From Planctomycetota bacterium (lineage in GTDB: Bacteria; Planctomycetota; GCA-002687715; CAIWVZ01), in NCBI GenBank assembly GCA_044222185.1, contig JBGANV010000002.1:64001-128000 (forward strand): a stretch of DNA of 64,000 nucleotides. The letters are read 5' to 3'. This document shows positions 16,741 to 24,960 of this stretch, piece after piece. Made by a program: the position numbers and the translations under genes. The notes beneath the pieces were generated by a model. It saw nothing but the letters and a program-made list of their open reading frames with translations. It searched no databases and was not told where the DNA came from. The stretch's first letter is position 1, and every line of letters starts with the position of its first letter.

Positions 16741-18111
16741 TCATCCGTTGGTCGCTTCATGGATCAGCCGGCGCATCTCGGCGACGACGCGATCGGCGGT
16801 TTTCTGAGTGGACCCGAACGGGTCGGCGGCGTCGTCGCCGCCCCGGTGTTCCGCCGCATCCAACGCCGCGCGCATCCCGTCCGAGTCGTGCGCGGCGAAT
16901 GCCGCGAAGAACCTCTGCGTCGCGTTCCAGAACGGCGAGAACCCCATGTCGACCGTCCCAGCCGTCGTTGCGACGAACTGGGAGAACCCGGCCAGGTCGT
17001 CAAGCGTGTCCTTCGTTCCTTCCTGGAGGAACCGCTGGGTGTAGACGACCAGCAGCCCGGCAACGAGCGGATCGTAGTTCGCGGCGAGCGCGGTCGGTCG
17101 CGCACGGAAATCGAGGAACGCCTCGAACTGAACGCGTGCCTTGTCGAATTCGCCGATCTCCATGTAGGTCGCGCCCAGTCGGAACTTCACGACGAACAAG
17201 TTCTTGTCGATCGTGAGAACTTCGCGCAGACGCTCGGCGTAAGCGCGCATGCGCGCGACGTACGCGGGATCGTGGGCCTTGACCGCCGGTCCCATGGCAT
17301 CGACGGATTCATCGAGATCCGTTGCGGCGCGCTCCGCCTGGATCAGGGCGCGGCTCGCCTCGAAGACGTCCGAGCGCCACGTCGCGCCAGGAACTCCGTT
17401 GCCGGGACCCCGAGCCGCGACGTTCCACGACCAGCTCTCCTTCAACCACGTCGCGACGATGCGCTTGGCAGCCGTCGGAGTGATCGTGGGGTCGTCTCGC
17501 AGGCGGCTCGAGTTGAACACTGCCCCGATGTTCGCTGCGAAGTTCTTCCCGATGATCGTTCCGAGGAACGAGAGGAACGCCTCGCCCGGCGGTTGGTCCC
17601 ACGCCTCGAGGGACGACGTGGCGACCTCCGCGCTCTCGAGGTAGCGGCGGGCTTCTGCGTACTTGCCTTCGAGACGCGCGATCAGGGCGAGCCCGATCCA
17701 CGCAGGCGGCCAGTCCGGGCAGATCCGCAGGGCATCGCCGAAGTGGTTGAACGCAAGCGCGTGTGCGCTCTCGGCCGCCGCGCCGCGCGGATGCCGCAGC
17801 GCCACGGCGTCGAGGCGCATTTCCCCGAGCTTCGAGTGGAACAAGAAGCACTGGGGGTCGTGTTGGATCGCGTCATCGAGCGGGCGGAGAACCAGACGCC
17901 GGCGTCCGCTCTCGAGTTCGTCTTGCGACAGTGGCGCGGAGTGGAGTTCGAACCAGCCCCGTCGCGCTTCCTCGTATTTCGTCTGACCGGCCTGGCTCAA
18001 GAACAGCGCATCCCGGTCCGGGATCTCGCGCGAAGCACAACCAGGCACGAAAACGATCACCAACGTGACGATCGCCATCACGACTGCGCGGCAGGTGGAC
18101 TCGAGGGTCAT
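16741..18111 (-). CDS. TPR-repeat lipoprotein, first gene of the T3SS operon
   Basis: Hydrophobic signal ending VFVPGC; TPR motifs (AWIGLALIARLEGKYAEA; FRLGATYMEIGEFDKARVQFE). Confidence 0.75.
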   Translation of the reverse strand: MTLESTCRAVVMAIVTLVIVFVPGCASREIPDRDALFLSQAGQTKYEEARRGWFELHSAPLSQDELESGRRRLVLRPLDDAIQHDPQCFLFHSKLGEMRLDAVALRHPRGAAAESAHALAFNHFGDALRICPDWPPAWIGLALIARLEGKYAEARRYLESAEVATSSLEAWDQPPGEAFLSFLGTIIGKNFAANIGAVFNSSRLRDDPTITPTAAKRIVATWLKESWSWNVAARGPGNGVPGATWRSDVFEASRALIQAERAATDLDESVDAMGPAVKAHDPAYVARMRAYAERLREVLTIDKNLFVVKFRLGATYMEIGEFDKARVQFEAFLDFRARPTALAANYDPLVAGLLVVYTQRFLQEGTKDTLDDLAGFSQFVATTAGTVDMGFSPFWNATQRFFAAFAAHDSDGMRAALDAAEHRGGDDAADPFGSTQKTADRVVAEMRRLIHEATNG

Positions 18112-18215
18112 TGGACGCTCCATGGAGGGTTCGCCCCGCGGTCGTTGCGGGCCCGACGGTGCAGAGCAGCGATCACCGAGCCCGTGACGGGCCAGGCCAC
18201 TGCCTCCGCAGTGCA

Positions 18216-18242
18216 ATCGCATTTGCTGGCGCTCCGTTGCAC
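18216..18242 (-). promoter_or_regulatory. Putative sigma-28-like promoter of the T3SS operon
   Basis: Minus strand GTGCAAC-N15-GCGAT. Confidence 0.6.
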
Positions 18243-18304
18243 GAGCCTCTCGAAGCCGGGGTCCCGCTGGGACGCGTGGATTCCGCCCGGACCCGCACGA
18301 CTCG

Positions 18305-18331
18305 GCGCAACGACGCTCCGCGTTCCGCGAT
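18305..18331 (+). promoter_or_regulatory. Putative sigma-28-like promoter of the divergent FHA/sigma operon
   Basis: Plus strand GCGCAAC-N15-GCGAT, about 70 bp upstream of the ATG at 18404. Confidence 0.6.
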
Positions 18332-18403
18332 CGTTGAGGATGATCTGCCGCATCGCCGGCAGGGCCCGCGGACCGCGTTCATCACGAGAGACAGGAACAC
18401 GCC

Positions 18404-20254
18404 ATGGCCGAGACCCTGATCGTCCGTCACGCTGCCAACTCGACCCTCGCTGGCCGGGAGCAACGGTTCACCAAGCCCGTCGTCCGCATCGGGCGGCGTC
18501 GCGGCAACGACGTCGTGTTCGACGAAGCGCAGGATCGGCTGGTCTCCGCCGTCCACGCGGAAGTCCGAACGGAGCCCTCCGGCGTCACGCTCGTCGACCT
18601 CGAGTCCAGCAACGGGACCTTCGTCAACGGGCGAAGACTGCGGCCGCACCAACCCTCGCGCATCGGCCCGTCGGACGACGTGCAGCTGGGCGGACCCACG
18701 GGCCCGCGCCTGTCGCTGTTCGCCGATGGTCCGCCTCCGTTCGCTCGGGGCGCCGACGAATTCGGCAGCGCGACGATCATCAATCGCCCGAAGGAACGTT
18801 CTGCGTCCCCCGCCATTCCCGCCGTTCCCATGCACGGCCAGAAGCAGGGCATCGGTCAGGCGACGCTCTTTCGCGTCGTCAGCGCCGCAACGGCCCACGA
18901 GCGACGGCGCGTCGTGTGGATCGCGACGGGCCTGCTCGTCGTCGCCGTCGGAGCGGCTGCGGCGTACTTCTTCTTTTGGCCCCCGCCGATACCACCCGTC
19001 GTCGTCGACGCGGATGCGGCGGCACTGAGCCGCAAGTTGAACGAGTACAAGGGCTCGGTCTACGTCGTCGCGCGACGATCGCGTGACCAGAACAACAACG
19101 TCACGGACGATCCGTTCGGAACGGCATGGTCCTGCGCCCCCGGACTTCTCGCGACGAATGGCCACGTGGCACGGGCGTTCGCCAACCTGAAGCCGGGAGA
19201 GACGCTGATCGCGCGGAGCGGCGCGACACCGCCGGTCGACCTCATGCTGGTCGGGCAACGGACTCACCCTGGCTACCTCGAGTTCGAGGATCTGGTGAAG
19301 CGGTACACGCTCAACCTCTCGGCCGCCCCATTCGAGTCGATCAAGGGCGGGTGCGACATCGCCGTGCTCGAGGTCGACCCGGGGTACGTCCCGCGACAAG
19401 CGCCCCCGCTGCCGATCGCCTCGGACGCAGAGCTCGGCTCCATGAAGCAGATGGACTCGGTCGGGTTCATCGGCTTCACCATGGAGAACCGCGGCCTGAA
19501 CATGGAGCGCCCGGTACCGATCATGGCGAACGGCGGGATCTCGAGCATCTCCGACTTCTTCCTGGGCGCCGCACCTTCGGACCGTGGCGAACTGATCGCG
19601 TTCACTGCCGCCGGCGGAGGCGGCGCAAGTGGGAGCCCGGTCATCGCCGCCAGTGGGAAAGTCGTCTGCCTCCTGTATGCCGGCGACGTGACGACTTCCG
19701 GACACTCGGGTCCACGAGTCAGTGTCCCCGGCGCCCAAACGTACGGCCAACGCGCGAACATCCTGCGCGAGCTCCTCGATGGGAGCATGTCGGCCCGACA
19801 GCCGATTCGGCGCGCCAGCTGGGAGCAGTCACTCCGACCGCTCTTCGAGCAAGCGAACGCGGAGTTCATCAACGCCGCGCTCAAGGACCAATCCGTCGCG
19901 CTGCGGCGCGCCGGCAAGATTCGCTATCCGGACAACGCCGTCGTCAGCGACGTCTGGGAGGAGGTCGACTCGAGGAAGGTGCGGATGAGCGGAGTCGGCG
20001 CGGCGAACGCGGCGACGGTCGAGATGCGGACGCTCCGCACGGGCTTCCACTTGATCATCGCCGTTCCGACGACTGGCCCGGCGAACATCGACATCATCGC
20101 GCCGGGTGCCGAGGACACGGCGGGAGACTTCATCCCGATAATCGGTCAACGCATCGCCCCTGGTCAGCCGGCAGTCATCCGTGTCGTGAACGCCGACACG
20201 CTCCTCACCGGCGCAGTCGAAGCGAACGTCAAGTGCTTCCGGCTGAAGGTCTGA
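18404..20254 (+). CDS. FHA domain - TM - trypsin-like serine protease
   Basis: FHA motifs IGR...VSAVHA...DLESSNGTFVNG; TM VVWIATGLLVVAVGAAAAYFFF; catalytic triad TNGHV, DIAVL, GASGSPV. Confidence 0.88.
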   Translation: MAETLIVRHAANSTLAGREQRFTKPVVRIGRRRGNDVVFDEAQDRLVSAVHAEVRTEPSGVTLVDLESSNGTFVNGRRLRPHQPSRIGPSDDVQLGGPTGPRLSLFADGPPPFARGADEFGSATIINRPKERSASPAIPAVPMHGQKQGIGQATLFRVVSAATAHERRRVVWIATGLLVVAVGAAAAYFFFWPPPIPPVVVDADAAALSRKLNEYKGSVYVVARRSRDQNNNVTDDPFGTAWSCAPGLLATNGHVARAFANLKPGETLIARSGATPPVDLMLVGQRTHPGYLEFEDLVKRYTLNLSAAPFESIKGGCDIAVLEVDPGYVPRQAPPLPIASDAELGSMKQMDSVGFIGFTMENRGLNMERPVPIMANGGISSISDFFLGAAPSDRGELIAFTAAGGGGASGSPVIAASGKVVCLLYAGDVTTSGHSGPRVSVPGAQTYGQRANILRELLDGSMSARQPIRRASWEQSLRPLFEQANAEFINAALKDQSVALRRAGKIRYPDNAVVSDVWEEVDSRKVRMSGVGAANAATVEMRTLRTGFHLIIAVPTTGPANIDIIAPGAEDTAGDFIPIIGQRIAPGQPAVIRVVNADTLLTGAVEANVKCFRLKV

Positions 20255-20261
20255 AGCCGCC

Positions 20262-21971
20262 GTGCACGCAAGAACACGTGAATGGGCTCGCGATGGTCGA
20301 CGGAGCGCGCTCGTCGCCGTGGCGATCGCCTTGGCGGCGTGCGTCATCGACCGCCCGGCTCGCGCCCAGGCCGAGCGCACCGTGCCCGCCGAGTTGGCGC
20401 AAGCAGCAGACGCACACGCCTACCGGAAGGCGGCGGAAGGGCTCGACGAGCTCCTTCGCGGATGCGAGGACGACACGTCCCGAACGGTGGTGGAACGGCG
20501 ACGCCTGCGCGCGCGGTGGTTCGAGTCGGCCGTCGCGGCCGAGCCGGGGGACGTCTTGTTGCGTGCCGCGGCCGTTCGCGCGCTGAAGGCCCACGCCCGC
20601 GACCTCGACCTTTCGGACCCGAAACGCGCCGACGTCGAGCGACGCGCCGAGGCGCTCTCGGCGTCCCGGGTGCCGACCGAGTCAGCGCCCGCACCGGCGG
20701 TCCGCCGAGGCTCGAGCGAGTCGGAGGTCGTGGCGTCGAGACTGCGATCGGTGATGAGAACTGCCATCTCCGCGTCCGACAGCGCGTCGATCGACGTGCG
20801 CGTCGCACTCATCGACGAGGCCCGCGCCGCCCTGGCGCGGATTGCCGTTCCGCAAGCGCTTCGGATCGAGGCGGCCGCCTGTCGTGCTCGCATCGCGCTC
20901 GCGGCCGGCGACTGGCGCGAGGGCGTCGCCGCCGCCGAGATCCTGCGGCCGCTCCGCGGGGCCGCGTCCGTCCCTTCTGGCTCGGATCTCTCGAGGACGC
21001 TCGATCTCATCGAGGATCGACATTGGTTCGACGCGATCGCGGACGTCGAACGGAGGGAGAGCCAGAAGGCCGCTGCCATCACGCTGCTGGAGGTTCGCGC
21101 CCGACGGGAGCGACGCCTCGTCGAGGCGGGATTCGAAGCCATGCCCCGCGGCGGTCTGGCGGACGGCGGATCGGGAATGCCTCGCCTGGTGAAACATCGT
21201 CGCACGGGCCTCGTGTTCGTCCTCATCGAACCGTCGGCCGTCGAAGACGGTCGCCTCGAAGCGGCCTTCGAATCGGCGACGAGCGCCGATGATCCATCGG
21301 AGTCGCCGGGGCCAGCGTTCCAACCGATCGCGTCGCCGGTCTACGTCGGGGTCTGCGAAGTCTCGAATGCTGCCTACCGGCTGGTCGTCCCCGGCCACGC
21401 CGAGTCGGGCCTGCCGAAGATCGATGATCCGGCCTGCTCGGCATCGAATGCTGCCTATCCCGCCACCGCCATCTCGCACGACGAGGCCTCGGCGTTCTGC
21501 CTGCGCTTCGGCTTCACCCTGCCCTCGCTCGCCGAGTGGGTCGCCGTCCTGCGTGCGTCGCACTCGGACCTGGACCTGGCGAACGGCGCGTTCGTGGCCG
21601 CGGCCCTCGCGCCGCGATTCGGCCCGCTTCCGAACTTCTGGGACACGTCCGCCGTCGCGCGACTCCGACACCCGACGGGAGGAGAGCCGTTCCCCTGGGA
21701 TGACCGTGCCGTCGTCTTGCGGCGCGCCACGTGCGAAATCGGCGATGCGTCGAAGGTCACGCCAGTCGACGTGCTCGGGAACGTCGCCGAGTGGCTCGAG
21801 CCGAGTCAACCGCATCAACCGCCAATCGCGCTCGCTGCGGGAGGCTCATGGCTGACTCCGCTGCCTGCGACGCTCGCCGACCGCGCGCGGCTCCTCTTCG
21901 CGCGTCGACACGAAGCTGACGAGCGGTTCGCGGACGTGGGGTTCCGGCCCGCGTTCCGAATCGACCCCTGA
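20262..21971 (+). CDS. Exported protein with C-terminal FGE-sulfatase/SUMF1 (C-type lectin-fold) domain
   Basis: Signal-like ALVAVAIALAAC...AQA; EVSNAAY, LPSLAEW, DVLGNVAEW, GGSW and VGFRP motifs. Confidence 0.8.
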   Translation: MHARTREWARDGRRSALVAVAIALAACVIDRPARAQAERTVPAELAQAADAHAYRKAAEGLDELLRGCEDDTSRTVVERRRLRARWFESAVAAEPGDVLLRAAAVRALKAHARDLDLSDPKRADVERRAEALSASRVPTESAPAPAVRRGSSESEVVASRLRSVMRTAISASDSASIDVRVALIDEARAALARIAVPQALRIEAAACRARIALAAGDWREGVAAAEILRPLRGAASVPSGSDLSRTLDLIEDRHWFDAIADVERRESQKAAAITLLEVRARRERRLVEAGFEAMPRGGLADGGSGMPRLVKHRRTGLVFVLIEPSAVEDGRLEAAFESATSADDPSESPGPAFQPIASPVYVGVCEVSNAAYRLVVPGHAESGLPKIDDPACSASNAAYPATAISHDEASAFCLRFGFTLPSLAEWVAVLRASHSDLDLANGAFVAAALAPRFGPLPNFWDTSAVARLRHPTGGEPFPWDDRAVVLRRATCEIGDASKVTPVDVLGNVAEWLEPSQPHQPPIALAAGGSWLTPLPATLADRARLLFARRHEADERFADVGFRPAFRIDP

Positions 21972-22100
21972 CCCGCCGTCGTCCGTGAGGTCGCCGACCG
22001 GCCGATCGCATGGCGCCATCAACGGTGCGCGGTCCGCGCGTCGCGATCGAATTCACTCGATGCACAACGGGGCGCGCGGTTTCACGCTGATTGATTCGTC

Positions 22101-22994
22101 ATGTCCCTCCAACCAGACCTCGGCTCGCCGCCGCGGCCGCGCCAAGGCGCCCGTTCGAGCGTCGGCCCGCCCCCGTCGAGTGAGTCCACAAGCAGCTTGC
22201 AGGATCGCTGCGTCGAGTTGCGCTTCGGGGCTCGACCGCCGCAGGTACCGGTCGTGATCGATCCCGACGGCGCGAGGCCACCTGACGACGACGGCGCCGT
22301 CCACGTCCGACTGACGCGCGACGGAGCGCAGGTCTACGGCGCCGACGGCCGATCCGCCGGATCGATTCGCAAGGGCGAGCTCGTCGGCGTCGACGGATGG
22401 TCCGTGGCTCTGGTCGAGGTCGCCTCCGACACCGGTCCCACGTCCTTCGTTCAGGGTTTGCTCCAAGCGCGGTTGGTCCTCGATGCGGGCCCCTCCACTG
22501 GCGGGCATCCGCGCGAGCGCGCACTCCGACCCGATCCGGACCGTGTCGTCACCGTCGGGAGAGGGCCGGACTGCACGATCGTCATCGACGACCCGAAGGT
22601 CTCGCGGCGCCAGTTCGAGATCACCTATCGCGCGGCTCTCCAGGACTTCTGGCTTCAGAACGTCAGCCAGAACGGGACGCGCGTCGACGGCCTCCTGATC
22701 ACGGGCTCCGACGGACGCCGTCTCGTGCACGGCGATGCCATCGCCGCGGGCGATTCCACGCTCACGTTCTTCAACGCATGCCGATTGCCGGACCTTCCGG
22801 CCAACGGTGCCGCCCAGGATCCCATCGATCCACCGCCGGAGCCCGCCCGACCGCAACCGCGCAAGAAGGGCAAACGATCGGATGCGACGGCTCGACGTCG
22901 CCGCGATGCGGTCGCCTTCATCGGCCTCGTCCTGGCGCTGGTCGGCCTCATGGGATTGCTCATCTGGACCCTCACTTCTCCAGGTCACCAGTAG
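22101..22994 (+). CDS. FHA-domain membrane protein (degenerate + canonical FHA, C-terminal TM)
   Basis: TVGRGPDCTIVIDDPKVSRRQFEI...SQNGTRVDG; C-terminal FIGLVLALVGLMGLLIW. Confidence 0.85.
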   Translation: MSLQPDLGSPPRPRQGARSSVGPPPSSESTSSLQDRCVELRFGARPPQVPVVIDPDGARPPDDDGAVHVRLTRDGAQVYGADGRSAGSIRKGELVGVDGWSVALVEVASDTGPTSFVQGLLQARLVLDAGPSTGGHPRERALRPDPDRVVTVGRGPDCTIVIDDPKVSRRQFEITYRAALQDFWLQNVSQNGTRVDGLLITGSDGRRLVHGDAIAAGDSTLTFFNACRLPDLPANGAAQDPIDPPPEPARPQPRKKGKRSDATARRRRDAVAFIGLVLALVGLMGLLIWTLTSPGHQ

Positions 22995-23008
22995 GCACAG
23001 GTACTGCC

Positions 23009-23794
23009 ATGACGAAGCCCGAACCGCAGATGATGGATGTGACCTCCGGTGTGCCGCTGACGCCAGAGGAGGCCACTCTCGCCGCCAATCACGTGGGTTA
23101 CGCGGAGAGCCTCGCGAGGCTGGTCAAGAGCCGCTTGCCCCGTCACGTCGACGTCGATGAGCTCATCGGCGCGACGTACGCCAAACTCCTGGAGCTCGTC
23201 CGGCGCTTCGATGCCGGCCGTGGCGCGACGTTCACGAGTTTCGCGTACCTGCCGCTCCTCGGAGCAGCCTGGGACGCGGCACGGAAACTCGCCCGCCACG
23301 ACCGCCAGGTGCAACGGATCATTCGGACGCATCGCGCCCACCTCGAGGTCGGAGCTGCCGAAGGCATCGCAGGCCCGGTCGCGGGAGAGACGCCTGAGGA
23401 GACGTTCTCCCGCGCGGTGCGCAGCCGCGTCGTCGTCCACATGATCTCCCAGATTCCCGATGAGGATGACTCGATGCCGGAACCCTTCGTCGATGAAACA
23501 TCCGCGGCGGCCCATGCGCAGGAACGTGAGGACGCCTCGATCCGCGAGCGCGTCCGCGCGAGGCTGCGTTCGTTGATCGCGAGGCACCTGGAGGCGGCGG
23601 AGGAGAAGGAACGCCTCGTCATCCGCGAAGTCCTGCTGAAGGGCCGCACCCTCGACGACGTCGCGACCGAGCTCGGCGGAATCAACAAGTCGAACGTCGC
23701 CCGTCGGCTTCAGAAGGCCGTCGACCGTCTGGCCGAGCGGCTTGGGCCGGACCTGCAGGCTGGCGACGGTTATTGGGCCACGAGCCCGGGTTGA
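23009..23794 (+). CDS. Sigma-70 family RNA polymerase sigma factor, FliA/WhiG-like
   Basis: LPRHVDVDELIG...LLELVRRFDAGRGATFTSFAY..LGAAWDAAR (region 2); ERLVI...GRTLDDVATELGGINKSNVAR (region 4 HTH). Confidence 0.85.
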   Translation: MTKPEPQMMDVTSGVPLTPEEATLAANHVGYAESLARLVKSRLPRHVDVDELIGATYAKLLELVRRFDAGRGATFTSFAYLPLLGAAWDAARKLARHDRQVQRIIRTHRAHLEVGAAEGIAGPVAGETPEETFSRAVRSRVVVHMISQIPDEDDSMPEPFVDETSAAAHAQEREDASIRERVRARLRSLIARHLEAAEEKERLVIREVLLKGRTLDDVATELGGINKSNVARRLQKAVDRLAERLGPDLQAGDGYWATSPG

Positions 23795-23822
23795 ATCGCG
23801 CAGGCGGCCCCCCGCGCCCGCG

Positions 23823-23856
23823 AAAAAGAGAGGGGCGCCGAGCCGGCGTCCCTCTC
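23823..23856. terminator. Intrinsic terminator-like hairpin after the sigma factor gene (U-tract on minus strand)
   Basis: AAAAA-GAGAGGGGCGCCG-AGC-CGGCGTCCCTCTC; 13-bp stem. Confidence 0.6.
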
Positions 23857-24141
23857 CCCCCTCTACGGCGCGGCCCGCGGGCGGCCGCACGTGCTCAGGG
23901 TCGTGGTGCGGGCGCCGAGGCTTCGCGATGCGGGGATCGGTCGCGCGGCGACGGTGAGCCCGGTCGTTTCAGGGTGCAAACACCGTGTGACTCGTCGTAC
24001 GCGGATTACGACGATCGCGACGCGACGCTGCGACATGCCTTTACGCTCGGCAACCGCCGTCATAGGCTGTGACGCCTCCATGGAATCAGCCGACGGCCCC
24101 GAACGAGAATGTCCCCGCGTGACACCGAACACGTTCACCAC

Positions 24142-24960
24142 ATGACGGACTCACTGCGCCGCTACGCGAGCGTTTTCTGGATCGTCGCCGTCGCCGTCGT
24201 GGGAACGACGACGTTCGTCGTCGACTCGAGGAGGATCGACAAGCTCACGCTCGCCCCGACGCGGAGCGTGACCGTCAAGAAGATCCACGAGTGCTCCGGT
24301 CTCGCGTACTGGCCCTCACGCAAGCACCTCTTGACCGTGGCAGACAGTGGCTACATCGCCGAGCTCTCTCTCGAGGGTGAAGTCGTCCGGGAGCGCCGCG
24401 AGAAGGGCCTCGACTTCGAGGACATCGTGCTCGTCGACGACGAGCACGCGATGATCGTCGACGAGCAGCAGCACCTCCTCGCCGACCTGCGTCTCTCCGA
24501 CCTCGCGGTCATCAATCAACGCCCCCTGCCCGTGATCTCGCCCGCCAAGGGCACGAACCGGATGTTCGAAGGAATCACGATCGATCCCGTTTCGAAACGG
24601 ACGATCCTGGTCCACGAGTCGCACCCCGCGGCCGTCGTGCGCCTCGCGCAGGACGGGATCACGCCCGAGCACGCTGCGATCCTGGAGTCGAACAGCCTCA
24701 GCGGGATCGACATCTCCCCCGACGGGCGCAACGCGATCATCGTCTCCAACCAGGGTTACATCATCCTGATGGACCTGGCGCAACGGACGATCCTGGGTGA
24801 GGTCCGCACGCCGATGCGGCGCATCGAGGGATGCGCCCTCGTGCCAGGCGTCGGGCTCTTCGCGTGCACCGACGCGAACGAATCCAAACTTCTCGTCTTC
24901 GAGTCGCTCGACTCGTGGGACGCGATCCGCGCGCAGCTGACCGGGAGGAAGTCGCGATGA
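24142..24960 (+). CDS. SdiA-regulated/YjiK-like beta-propeller protein
   Basis: ECSGLAY, DFEDI, FEGITID, LSGIDI and IEGCAL repeats; N-terminal anchor. Confidence 0.75.
   Translation: MTDSLRRYASVFWIVAVAVVGTTTFVVDSRRIDKLTLAPTRSVTVKKIHECSGLAYWPSRKHLLTVADSGYIAELSLEGEVVRERREKGLDFEDIVLVDDEHAMIVDEQQHLLADLRLSDLAVINQRPLPVISPAKGTNRMFEGITIDPVSKRTILVHESHPAAVVRLAQDGITPEHAAILESNSLSGIDISPDGRNAIIVSNQGYIILMDLAQRTILGEVRTPMRRIEGCALVPGVGLFACTDANESKLLVFESLDSWDAIRAQLTGRKSR

Noticed and set aside
18228-18240. Sigma-54 promoter (TGGCGCTCCGTTGC) in the T3SS divergent gap
   Set aside because: GG-to-GC spacing is 9 nt rather than the required 10; the sequence is better explained by the GCAAC-N15-GCGAT motif on the minus strand.
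16759-19086. Long alternative ORFs (for example 16759-19086 +, 32296-34821 +, 28768-30951 +, 38592-40784 -)
   Set aside because: Arg/Ala-rich shadow frames of genuine high-GC genes, with no recognisable motifs.
20262-21971. Diversity-generating retroelement target (FGE/CLec domain)
   Set aside because: No reverse transcriptase in the window, and I saw no template-repeat copy of the gene's 3' end.
23863-24141. 92-aa minus-strand ORF ending at the hairpin
   Set aside because: No recognisable motif or convincing RBS; not called as a CDS.
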